A stretch of 64,000 nt of DNA, taken from the IMG/VR virus record IMGVR_UViG_3300044858_001565, positions 1 through 64,000 of that record. The stretch is one strand, 5' to 3'. Positions 1-7,949 of this stretch are shown one piece after another (positions within the stretch are counted from its first letter, which is position 1; every line of letters starts with the position of its first letter). Both the position numbers and the translations under genes were made by a program. Origin of the DNA: a virus. The notes beneath the pieces were generated by a model, which worked only from the letters and a program-made list of their open reading frames with translations, did not search any database and was not told where the DNA came from.

Positions 1-1
1 G

Positions 2-382
2 ATTACTTCTAATGCATCCCCTGTTGCTTGTTACTTGGAAGACTCTTTTAATGTAAAGGGTGTTTCTTGTGGATCAAATGCGGTGTTTGATGTGGCTTTC
101 CTTAGCCCAATGTCCAGCAAAGAGTATTCTGTCATACTGTCTTATGAAACAGAAGACCTGGAAGATGCGAACGCATACGCAAATCTGCAAGAATACTCCA
201 TGCTGCTTGTGCGGCGTGGAGCGTCCGATCAACACAAAACAGTGAATGGATTCCGTTTTGAGGTGCTGAAGCAGAATCCCACAAACAACGGATGGACTCT
301 GCAATCGTTCGTGTATCAATCTGGAAAGACTCAGAGAGTCCATTTCATGGTATTTGGAGGAGCCACCTTTGGATCACAGTAA
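2..382 (+). CDS. hypothetical protein, 5'-truncated by the window edge; probably virion-associated
   Basis: The frame is open from nt 2, so the TTG at 35 is probably not the true start. It carries the G-x-T/S motifs (GVSCG, GWT, GKT, GATFG) seen in the structural genes. Confidence 0.6.
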   Translation: MTSNASPVACYLEDSFNVKGVSCGSNAVFDVAFLSPMSSKEYSVILSYETEDLEDANAYANLQEYSMLLVRRGASDQHKTVNGFRFEVLKQNPTNNGWTLQSFVYQSGKTQRVHFMVFGGATFGSQ

Positions 383-545
383 ACTAAAACCTTTTTCCTC
401 CTTCATTCGTGAGGAATTTCCTCCTCCGATGGCTGTGACACCACCCACTAATGTGGCAGACGGCACGAAGATTGCAGGGCTTCCCCCTGACCTGCCACCC
501 GTAAAGAAATCAAATATTCTGAAGAGAAAGAAGCGTAAAGCCTAA
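354..545 (+). CDS. small conserved T4-like phage protein (FIREE...PTN...IAGLPPD.PPV)
   Basis: The motif pattern resembles small proteins of aquatic T4-like phages, with a basic C-terminus. The start is uncertain. Confidence 0.55.
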   Translation: MEEPPLDHSKLKPFSSFIREEFPPPMAVTPPTNVADGTKIAGLPPDLPPVKKSNILKRKKRKA

Positions 546-548
546 ATA
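542..548 (+). promoter_or_regulatory. T4-type late promoter (CTAAATA)
   Basis: Variant of the TATAAATA late -10 element, upstream of an RBS (AAAGGGG) and the ATG at 571. Confidence 0.6.
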
Positions 549-570
549 CCTCTAGCAGAAAGGGGTATTT

Positions 571-1008
571 ATGTTTACACCAGAACTTATTTCACTTGTG
601 GGCGGTGCTGCCACGGGATTCATATTCCGTTACATGGCACAGAAGGCACAGGATCAGAAAGAGATTTTTGAACGCCTGATTGCCGCCAACAAGCAGACCA
701 CAGAGAATCAGGACAAGGCAGCACAGCGCGTTCCTATTGACCTAGGAAAGGGCATACGGCAACTCATAGTGCTTGCCATCCTGTTTGCCACTCTCCTCGC
801 TCCGTTCATCCTGCCGTTCTTTGGGCTACCCACATTCGTGGAGGTTGATGCTCGTACACCCGAAGGGCTGTTTGGACTCATTCCCGAAACCACCCGCAAA
901 TATTTCGTGGAGGTGAACGGATTCATCTACGCAAGCGAGACTCGTCAAATATTGGTGAGCATTGTGGGCTTCTACTTCGGCACTGCTGCTGCCGGAAACA
1001 AGTCTTAA
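571..1008 (+). CDS. multi-pass membrane protein, putative holin
   Basis: It has 2-3 hydrophobic segments (LISLVGGAATGFIF, LIVLAILFATLLAPFILPFFGL, ILVSIVGFYFG), sits behind a late promoter and is followed by a lipoprotein. Confidence 0.5.
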   Translation: MFTPELISLVGGAATGFIFRYMAQKAQDQKEIFERLIAANKQTTENQDKAAQRVPIDLGKGIRQLIVLAILFATLLAPFILPFFGLPTFVEVDARTPEGLFGLIPETTRKYFVEVNGFIYASETRQILVSIVGFYFGTAAAGNKS

Positions 1009-1018
1009 GGAGGCACCC

Positions 1019-1312
1019 ATGACCAGACTACTACTTCCAATACTGGCACTCGTTCTTGCGGCTTGCGAAACCGCACCAAAAATCATTCCTGATACCACTT
1101 CAGACTCCCCTATTGTGATGCGGCTCCGTCACGAAATACTCAATGGCAGCAAACTCACAAACAACTGGGGATGGATGCTGTGGTATCTTCCCGTGCTGCT
1201 GCTTGTGATAGCATGGGGATGGAAGGAGTTCTTCGGGCGCAAGCGCGAGGACTGCAAGGAAGAGGCAGAGAAGCCCGTAGAGGCGGCTCCTAGTCCTCCT
1301 CCGCAATCCTGA
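1019..1312 (+). CDS. lipoprotein with C-terminal transmembrane helix (u-spanin-like topology)
   Basis: AAGGAGG RBS precedes the ATG at 1019. The signal peptide ends in lipobox LAAC, and TM helix WGWMLWYLPVLLLVIAWGW is followed by KEFFGRKR. Confidence 0.6.
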   Translation: MTRLLLPILALVLAACETAPKIIPDTTSDSPIVMRLRHEILNGSKLTNNWGWMLWYLPVLLLVIAWGWKEFFGRKREDCKEEAEKPVEAAPSPPPQS

Positions 1313-1871
1313 CATCTTCGGGCAGGCTCTCATACATCTTTTTGCAGATGTAATACGAGTCAACAATATCTGAAACAGGACTCACGGACTCTTGGCGCTT
1401 CGGTGTCAAGAGTCCTTTTAAATTGATCCCTGTCTCCAGCAGCCACGAATCGTACATGGCGTTCTTGTCTGCGTTGCCCTTGCCTGTGGCGTATTTCTTT
1501 ACTTCGGTGGGCGGGATCACCGTGACAGGAACGCTCAACTGGTACAGTTTGTATTTAAGAATGCCTGTGTTCTCTGCGATGTGGAACACCTTGCCGCTTG
1601 CGGAATACGCATAGCCTTCCAGTGCCACATGGGTGCAGCCCATCACAATGTCAATCGCCCAGTCTGCAATGGTTTCGTAGCGGTGCTGATCGTTGTCCCA
1701 ATCACTCAACCGCTCACCAAAAATATTCATGGTGCGGATCTCGGACTGCCGCTTGTTGTCGGTGAGGAAATAGAAGGAGCATCCGCTGTACGAGAACTTG
1801 CCTGTGCCGTTTGCGCGGAACAAGCAGATTGCGGGACCACACAGAGAATAGTCAATTCCTGCTATTACCAT
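1290..1871 (-). CDS. RuvC-like Holliday junction resolvase/endonuclease
   Basis: RNase H-fold motifs AGIDYS, ALEGYAY, PPTEVKKYATGKGNADK and DIVDSY. Confidence 0.85.
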   Translation of the reverse strand: MVIAGIDYSLCGPAICLFRANGTGKFSYSGCSFYFLTDNKRQSEIRTMNIFGERLSDWDNDQHRYETIADWAIDIVMGCTHVALEGYAYSASGKVFHIAENTGILKYKLYQLSVPVTVIPPTEVKKYATGKGNADKNAMYDSWLLETGINLKGLLTPKRQESVSPVSDIVDSYYICKKMYESLPEDVRIAEED

Positions 1872-1876
1872 ACCCT

Positions 1877-1895
1877 TATTTAGGTGGTCTACATA
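1877..1895. promoter_or_regulatory. divergent late-promoter pair: CTAAATA (minus, 1877-1883) and CTACATA (plus, 1889-1895)
   Basis: Both motifs lie in the 45-bp gap between the divergent ruvC-like gene and the coiled-coil gene. Confidence 0.5.
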
Positions 1896-1916
1896 CAGGA
1901 GAGGAGGATACTATCC

Positions 1917-2102
1917 ATGATTGAAGCAGAGAATTACAATGAAACCGTGCTGATTCCCATCCTACAGGACAAGATCAATACACTGATGACGCAGGGCATC
2001 CTGCTTGAAGCCAAGTTGCAGATTGCCGAAAAGGAAAAGGCAGCACTGCAAAAGAAACTGGACGCGCTGACTGCGCCTCCTGTTGCCGAAACAGCAGAGT
2101 AA
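1917..2102 (+). CDS. small coiled-coil protein, paralog of the fibre-associated proteins at 11654 and 22286
   Basis: GGAGGA RBS; the NETVLIP.L....L..Q...LEAK motif is shared with both paralogs. Confidence 0.8.
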   Translation: MIEAENYNETVLIPILQDKINTLMTQGILLEAKLQIAEKEKAALQKKLDALTAPPVAETAE

Positions 2103-2104
2103 AG

Positions 2105-2133
2105 CAAACCCCCGAAAGGGGGTTTGTTGTTTT
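2105..2133. terminator. bidirectional intrinsic terminator
   Basis: CAAACCCCC-GAAA-GGGGGTTTG perfect stem with T/A flanks, between convergent genes. Confidence 0.85.
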
Positions 2134-3538
2134 AACAGTCTCCCCATGCGGCTAATAGGATTCCTAAATCAATTCCATCAACTCTGTTATCTTTATTCAA
2201 ATCGGAGTCCTGATCCGATCCTCCCCACCCACCGAGCAGTATTCCCAAGTCGTTTCCGTTCACAACGGAATCCCTATTGATGTCCGCAGGACAGAGTGTT
2301 GGCAGAACGGATCGCAAAGCCTTTCCTGCGTCAATCATTCCCCACCCTGTAAAAATATCGTAGCCTGCCGTTCCCATGTCATCTGCCGTGGTATTCATAG
2401 CACTTTCTACTTGGGCAGGAGTTAGATTGGGATTTACTGAAAGAAGTAGTGCAGCAACACCTGCCGCATACGGAGAAGAGAATGATGTTCCGTCTATGGT
2501 CACCCAGTTTCCGCTGTTGTATCCTGAATTTCCGGTTCGGTCTGTTGTGTATATGGATTGACCTGGAGCAACAAAGGCAATTCCATTTCCGTAACTAGAA
2601 AAGGATGATCGTGTTCCATTTCGGGAAGAAGAGCCTACGGCATTCACGGTGCTGAGTCTGGCAGGAAACCCCATTCCATCGGTTCCTCCGTTTCCTGCAC
2701 TCGCAAAGTGAACGATTCCTGCGTTTCTGGTTGCGGAATACGCGCTGCTCATGGCATTGGATGTGCTGCCGTAATCGTTGCTGTTGTTTGTTACTCGTAT
2801 TCCGTTGCTTGCTGCCCAATTCAGTGCATTGACGGTCCAACTAGTCTGTCCGCTCCATGATCCGTTGCAAGGAGTGCTTGCAATTCCTACCTTTGCCGAA
2901 ACAACGGTGCAACCAGGTGCAATTCCTACGGTTCCAGATGAATTGTTTATCCGTGCAGACACGCATCCTGCCACCGCTGTTCCGTGATTGTCGCATGAAT
3001 TGGTGGGGCTTCCTCCTGCCACACCGTTCACCGCTCCTGTGGTGAAGTCTCGTCCTGTCTGTGTGTTCAAATCAGGATGGGTTTCTTCCACTCCGGTTTC
3101 TATCACCATTACCTTGATGTTGGGGTTTCCTGTTGTGATGCTCCATGCGTCAAGCGCACCCATGTCCCATCCTGCAACCCCACCCGCAGAGCCAGTGTTC
3201 CGCAATCCCCAGCACTGAGAAAATCCTGTATCGTTTGGTGGGGGGAATGACTGCCGTTCAACCGTGATCCATCGGTCTTCTTCAACAAATTCCACGCTTG
3301 GATTGGTGGACAGTTGTGCCACCGCTCTCTTCGCGGATCGGATATCCGTCATGTCCAGCAGTGTCAGGTTTGGGATATTTGAATAGTGGGTAGCCGACTC
3401 CACCCCACTGATAGACGACAGTATTTCGTTTTTGTTTGCGGAGTCTTTCCATTTCACAAACACGGTGTCTATGGGTGGAGCCGTGTCTACTGTTGGAGGC
3501 GAGTTCAGGTAAAGTGCGGCAAGTAGTGGTAGAACCAT
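2132..3538 (-). CDS. secreted S8 subtilisin-like serine protease with C-terminal Planctomycete-type dockerin-like domain
   Basis: AAGGAG RBS before the ATG at 3538, then a signal peptide and prodomain. Catalytic motifs are IETGV (Glu for Asp), NHGTAVAG, SAGN and GTSFSSP. The tail is CPADINRDSVVNGNDLGILLGGWG...DLNKDNRVDGIDLGILLAAWGDC. Confidence 0.9.
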   Translation of the reverse strand: MVLPLLAALYLNSPPTVDTAPPIDTVFVKWKDSANKNEILSSISGVESATHYSNIPNLTLLDMTDIRSAKRAVAQLSTNPSVEFVEEDRWITVERQSFPPPNDTGFSQCWGLRNTGSAGGVAGWDMGALDAWSITTGNPNIKVMVIETGVEETHPDLNTQTGRDFTTGAVNGVAGGSPTNSCDNHGTAVAGCVSARINNSSGTVGIAPGCTVVSAKVGIASTPCNGSWSGQTSWTVNALNWAASNGIRVTNNSNDYGSTSNAMSSAYSATRNAGIVHFASAGNGGTDGMGFPARLSTVNAVGSSSRNGTRSSFSSYGNGIAFVAPGQSIYTTDRTGNSGYNSGNWVTIDGTSFSSPYAAGVAALLLSVNPNLTPAQVESAMNTTADDMGTAGYDIFTGWGMIDAGKALRSVLPTLCPADINRDSVVNGNDLGILLGGWGGSDQDSDLNKDNRVDGIDLGILLAAWGDC

Positions 3539-3595
3539 GATGATCTCCTTTGCCCGTATTACGAAATAACCCAATACAAAGTTCTCTCCATTTTG

Positions 3596-3603
3596 TATTT
3601 ATA
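3596..3603 (-). promoter_or_regulatory. T4 consensus late promoter TATAAATA upstream of the subtilase
   Basis: Exact match, just downstream of the nrdJ terminator. Confidence 0.7.
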
Positions 3604-3636
3604 GAAAAGAAACAACCCCCTCTAGAAGGGGGTTGT
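3602..3636 (-). terminator. intrinsic terminator after nrdJ
   Basis: 10-bp stem ACAACCCCCT/AGGGGGTTGT followed by a T-rich tract on the minus strand. A second hairpin lies at about 3640-3660. Confidence 0.8.
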
Positions 3637-3666
3637 CGGGCGGGAGATGCTATCTCCTGCGGGGTA

Positions 3667-5586
3667 TTAAGTATTTATATCAACAACTTCGCACTTGTCA
3701 CCCGAACACGCAAAGGTTTGGGTGCCCTTTGTGGTGTCTTCTTTTTCAAACTTCGTCAACTCCGTCCAATCAATTTCCTTTGGAAGACGGGCTGCTGCTG
3801 CTTCGTACTGCTCCTGTGTGCAGTCCTGATACGGAGCCTGCTGATAAGTGTGGTCGGAGTGTGGCAGGAACGAGATGCCGCTGATCTCGTCAAAGTGCGA
3901 GTAAACCCACGCACCCACTTCCATCCATTCATGCTCACGAACCGTCACCGTGATGCTGGGCTTGTGTTCGCACCAGTGCCGCTGATAGGTGAGCCACAAC
4001 TCCAAGTGTTCGATTGCAGTCATGTCGTTGCGGGTCACGGAACCCACAGCCTTCATGGGGAACGAGAACACCATTGTGTGGTCGGGACGCATCACACACG
4101 GCTCCGCAGGAATCCCCTTGTCAATCATAAACTGGCACATGGGGTCTTTGCGGTCGGCACGGACGGTGCGGATGTAATACTCGTTGTGCCGTGCGTGGAT
4201 GCCTGACGCAGAATCGGTCAACTGCGACACCGTACCGCTTGGCTTTACACAAGTAATAGCCGCAGCGGGAGCGATTCCGATCCGCTTTGCCCACTCCTTG
4301 TTTGTCTCAACGGCATGAGCCTTCAGGGATTCAAGCAGGGCATCAAGTTCCCCACCCTGCTTACGCATCATTGCGTTGTCAAGAATGCCTGTGAGAGAAA
4401 CGCCAAGCAGCCGCTCCTCTTCGCAGTTCTTGCGCCAGTCGCTGCTGAGATACGGAAAGTGGGTAAGCGAGGCTTGCCATGTGCCCAAGATAGCCGCAAG
4501 GCGAACCTTTCGCTTCAGGGATTCTGCGGTGTCCTCTGCGCGGACAATCACTTCGCTCAGGTTGCAGAACTCCTTGTCTCGGAGAATGATCTCGGAGCAG
4601 GGATTGGTGCCGAACTCGTAGGTGTGGTCGCGGCGGTCGCCCAACTTCGCAACAGTCTTTTGTGCAGCCTGTCGGTTGAAGATGCCGCGCTCACCGCTCT
4701 TGCTCTTGTAGAGCGACACCCACTCTTCCATGAAGGTGCCGATCTCGGGCTTCTCCTTGTAGGCAACAGAGTTGTTTGCTAGTGCCCGTTGGGGATTCTC
4801 CAACCACCACTGTCCCACCTTAGCATCGCGCATTCGCTCGTCGGTGAGATTCGATAGCGAGATAAGAGCCGACCGACGAACTCCGCCGACCACGACAATC
4901 TCTGCAATCTTACAGACAATATCGTGGCACTCAATGGAAGTGAGTTTTCTGCCAGCACTCTTCTTAAAAGTACTGACGGTAAATCGGAACAGGTCTTCAA
5001 GCGGCTGCGGTCCACTTGCTCGTCCACCGAAAGTCTTGAGGCGCGCACCAGCAGGACGAATGTGAGACAAATCCCATCGGGGGATTTGACCTCCAATAAG
5101 TAGGGATACAAGTTCACGGAAGGCTTTTGCCCAACCTTCCTTGGAGTCCTTGACCACAATGACTGTATCACTGTTGGTAAACTCTTCAGCAATTGTAGGA
5201 AGTTTTTCAACATACTGGCGCTCCACGCTGAAGCCTACTCCGGTTCCGCACATGAGAACATACAGAATCTCATCAAATGCGCGAACCTTGTTTACAGCAA
5301 TGTATGAGCAGTTGTAACCAGCGGTGTTGTCCCGCTTCAGGGCTTCACCTGCGGTCATCAGCGACCGCATGGACGGCATGACCTCAAGATTCAGCACTGC
5401 TTCACGCAATTCTTCGCGGACTGCCTTATTTATCTTCACGCCCCCCTCGGTGAACTGCTCGTCAAAGAAGCGGAAGTAGCGATCCACCGTTTCCTCCCAA
5501 GACTCGCGGCGCTTTTCGGATTCAAGCCAGCGAGAGTAACGAGACAGATGGATGAACTCTTGGTAGAGTGTGGGAAGTCGCTTCAT
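3667..5586 (-). CDS. nrdJ: class II (adenosylcobalamin-dependent) ribonucleotide reductase, monomeric RTPR type
   Basis: Motifs GYNCS, GTGVGFSVE, VGGVRRSALISLS, GTNPCSEI, FCNLSE and TCVKPSGTVSQL, plus a C-terminal CxxxxC. No nrdB gene is adjacent. Confidence 0.92.
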   Translation of the reverse strand: MKRLPTLYQEFIHLSRYSRWLESEKRRESWEETVDRYFRFFDEQFTEGGVKINKAVREELREAVLNLEVMPSMRSLMTAGEALKRDNTAGYNCSYIAVNKVRAFDEILYVLMCGTGVGFSVERQYVEKLPTIAEEFTNSDTVIVVKDSKEGWAKAFRELVSLLIGGQIPRWDLSHIRPAGARLKTFGGRASGPQPLEDLFRFTVSTFKKSAGRKLTSIECHDIVCKIAEIVVVGGVRRSALISLSNLTDERMRDAKVGQWWLENPQRALANNSVAYKEKPEIGTFMEEWVSLYKSKSGERGIFNRQAAQKTVAKLGDRRDHTYEFGTNPCSEIILRDKEFCNLSEVIVRAEDTAESLKRKVRLAAILGTWQASLTHFPYLSSDWRKNCEEERLLGVSLTGILDNAMMRKQGGELDALLESLKAHAVETNKEWAKRIGIAPAAAITCVKPSGTVSQLTDSASGIHARHNEYYIRTVRADRKDPMCQFMIDKGIPAEPCVMRPDHTMVFSFPMKAVGSVTRNDMTAIEHLELWLTYQRHWCEHKPSITVTVREHEWMEVGAWVYSHFDEISGISFLPHSDHTYQQAPYQDCTQEQYEAAAARLPKEIDWTELTKFEKEDTTKGTQTFACSGDKCEVVDINT

Positions 5587-5614
5587 GGTTTTACTCCTGT
5601 TTTGTTGGGTAGAT

Positions 5615-5634
5615 TATGTAGTCACAGTATAGCG
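5615..5634 (-). promoter_or_regulatory. promoter elements upstream of nrdJ (GCTATACT -10-like and CTACATA late-like)
   Basis: The same GCTATACT occurs upstream of dUTPase and uvsE. Confidence 0.45.
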
Positions 5635-5657
5635 AAAAGAGAGGCTTGCGCCTCTCT
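5635..5657 (-). terminator. intrinsic terminator ending the fibre operon
   Basis: AGAGAGGC-GCAA-GCCTCTCT stem with a GNRA loop, then TTT. Confidence 0.8.
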
Positions 5658-5684
5658 AAAGTATTCGCTGCGAGTATTTTAGTA

Positions 5685-6008
5685 TCAGGTAATTTCTAAC
5701 AAAGAAACAAAAACATGGACAAATCCGGTGAGTCCTGCTCTTGCTCTTAAATAATCATTTGCTTCTAGCACAATAGGAGAGTCCAGTGCCTGAAATGTTG
5801 TGGCAATAGGAACAGCAGCATTTGTTATAAGCGAACACGCTGTAGAACCTCGTACTGCCTCAAGAGTAACTTCCACTCCACCAAGGTTGCTCACATTGCT
5901 GAAGTTTACATTGTTGACGATTGCTGTTCCTGAACACAATCCATTGTAGATGTTTGTGTTTGCAGTGGTTCCAAGTAGTGTCATAAAACTTTTGTATGTC
6001 TCTGGCAT
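5685..6008 (-). CDS. conserved ~107-aa fibre-cassette terminal protein (paralog 1 of 3)
   Basis: Pattern MP.TY(K/R)S...GTTA.T...QALD....LE....LR..AG.TG..H..VS.LEIT is shared with 14780 and 43143. Confidence 0.85.
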   Translation of the reverse strand: MPETYKSFMTLLGTTANTNIYNGLCSGTAIVNNVNFSNVSNLGGVEVTLEAVRGSTACSLITNAAVPIATTFQALDSPIVLEANDYLRARAGLTGFVHVFVSLLEIT

Positions 6009-6011
6009 AAT

Positions 6012-6278
6012 TTATCCTTGTTCTTGTGGCGGTTCGTAATGCACGGTCATGTCTGTATATGTGGGTTCTTCACTCGGGGGAGGTGGATCTGTTATTCCGT
6101 GAAACGCCAGTGCGTCTTCGCGTGAATCAAACCACCTCCACCCATGCACAGGATACTCGTATTCTTCCCTGTGTTCTCTGCTGATGGAGTAATTAGGAGA
6201 GTCCACGAAGTTTGGTGCGTGAAGCAGTCCCGAAATAGTTCCATCTGTTTCCAATAGGTAAAATCCTGAAGTGTCCAT
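6012..6278 (-). CDS. small fibre/adhesin partner protein (putative chaperone)
   Basis: Paralog of 43456..43668 (DTSGFY.LE...PNFV..P.....YPV.GW.WF.SR.DAL). A CATAAATA late promoter lies at 6288-6295. Confidence 0.75.
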   Translation of the reverse strand: MDTSGFYLLETDGTISGLLHAPNFVDSPNYSISREHREEYEYPVHGWRWFDSREDALAFHGITDPPPPSEEPTYTDMTVHYEPPQEQG

Positions 6279-6296
6279 TGCTCCTCCTATTTATGC

Positions 6297-7949
6297 TCAA
6301 GCAACCAAGCCTCCTCCAGTGAGGGTCACAGTCCATCCTTTTGATGTGGCTATTCCTGCACAACAGCCTCCAGTTCCCCAATTTCCTGTGAGATGAATAT
6401 TGTATGTGGTTCCCGACACTGTTGGAAGTCCAGTAAATATTTCGTTTATGGCAGTCGCAGACAGCATACAGCCAGCGAGAGAAATTGATGTGCGTAGATT
6501 GCTTGCCTCAAATCTTCGGAGGTGATAGTTTTGTCTGAACATACTGTTGGAGTTTGCAGTTCTTCCGTATCCGTTGTTCACTACCGCTCCAGCAGAAAAT
6601 CCTTTTACATGGACAGTCTTGCTGCCTAGCAGCATATTCTGAAACTGTGTTCCATTGGTATAGTCCATTGCAGGGAACACCATTACCTGATTGTATGTGA
6701 ACGCAGACTGCCAGTCACGCACATTTCCAGTGCTTAATCCTTCGGGAATTATTTTCAATCGTTTGCAGTTTGCTGCAAATCCGTTCAGGGATCTTGCATT
6801 CTGAAAATTGAACTTTGGAATTTCACGAAGGCTTGCACAGTTTTGGAACATGGAGGCAAATGTGCCACCGTTTACAGTGTTGTAGAGCGGAACGGTGGTG
6901 ATGTTTGCACAGCCCTGAAACATGGAAGTGAACAGGGTCACATTGGATGTGTCTATCTCTGGAGCCTCGCGCAGGGAATAGCACGCATTGAACATCGCAC
7001 TTGTGTTTGTTGCACTGCTAGTATTCATTTTCGGAAGGTGTTCTAGCAGGACACAACTCTGAAATGTCTGGTCAAACGATGTTGATTTGGAGAAGTCAAG
7101 AGGAGGAATGGTTTTTACTTTGGAGCAACCGTTGAATGCACGGAGGAAACTAGTTACCTTCCCTGTATCTGCCCACGGAATGCGGGTCATCAGGCGGCAC
7201 CCTTCAAAAAAAGAGTTCATGTTTGTCAGGTTTCTTGTATATTTTTCCAAGCCTGCAAACCAACGGAGAGAGTATCCATTGAAGAACGCTGATTGACCGC
7301 TCGTTGGGACGGGCATTTCTGTCGCAACTTCTATGAGGGCAAGGTGCTTCATTCCCACTCTCCACCCGTCAGAGAACACACTGCTTATTCCCACCCCTGC
7401 CATCTTGATGTATGCCCACATATGACTTGCATTGGGAGAGTTTGCAATGCTTGGAAGGGTGACTCCTGCTGCCGAGAAGCGTGAGTTCAGTGTTATGGTG
7501 GTAAGAGTTGCCCCTTGTGGGTGTGGCTGTGGATACGCCCGTATGAGAACTTGCCTGTATCCTTCGGGAGTGTCTGTGCCTGGAAAATCCGCCCAGTTGT
7601 ATTGGCGCTGTGCAACTGTGTTTGAGGCGTGTGAAGTGGTGACTCCGTTTCCCCAATCCACGGTGTATGTTCTGCCTGTTCCTGACATTGCAAGGAGAAA
7701 CGCTGCGTAGTTGGAGTCCGCAGACGCTCCAGAGTTGCCAGACGCTCCTTTTGCAAGATAGAATATGCCAGCAAACTCCTGTGCCGTTGGTCCCATTGCA
7801 GGCATTGGTATCCAGTAAGTGGGATACATCCACGGATCGCTTTTTGCGTATTCGCTGTACAGTTTGTTCACGGTCATTATTCCTTGGAGAGGGTGGATCT
7901 CCGAGGTTCCCACATAACCGCCATTTGATCTGTTCATTGAAAACTTCAT
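6297..7949 (-). CDS. BspA/DUF285-like leucine-rich surface-repeat adhesin
   Basis: ~22-aa repeats (MF.GC..L..IP..DTS.VT), an N-terminal [13 protein letters not shown] domain and C-terminal GNWG...IATSKGWTVT. ATGA overlap with the upstream gene. Confidence 0.85.
   Translation of the reverse strand: MKFSMNRSNGGYVGTSEIHPLQGIMTVNKLYSEYAKSDPWMYPTYWIPMPAMGPTAQEFAGIFYLAKGASGNSGASADSNYAAFLLAMSGTGRTYTVDWGNGVTTSHASNTVAQRQYNWADFPGTDTPEGYRQVLIRAYPQPHPQGATLTTITLNSRFSAAGVTLPSIANSPNASHMWAYIKMAGVGISSVFSDGWRVGMKHLALIEVATEMPVPTSGQSAFFNGYSLRWFAGLEKYTRNLTNMNSFFEGCRLMTRIPWADTGKVTSFLRAFNGCSKVKTIPPLDFSKSTSFDQTFQSCVLLEHLPKMNTSSATNTSAMFNACYSLREAPEIDTSNVTLFTSMFQGCANITTVPLYNTVNGGTFASMFQNCASLREIPKFNFQNARSLNGFAANCKRLKIIPEGLSTGNVRDWQSAFTYNQVMVFPAMDYTNGTQFQNMLLGSKTVHVKGFSAGAVVNNGYGRTANSNSMFRQNYHLRRFEASNLRTSISLAGCMLSATAINEIFTGLPTVSGTTYNIHLTGNWGTGGCCAGIATSKGWTVTLTGGGLVA

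Noticed and set aside
5587-5684. Cobalamin riboswitch upstream of nrdJ
   Set aside because: The gap is under 100 bp and is explained by a terminator, promoter motifs and an RBS.
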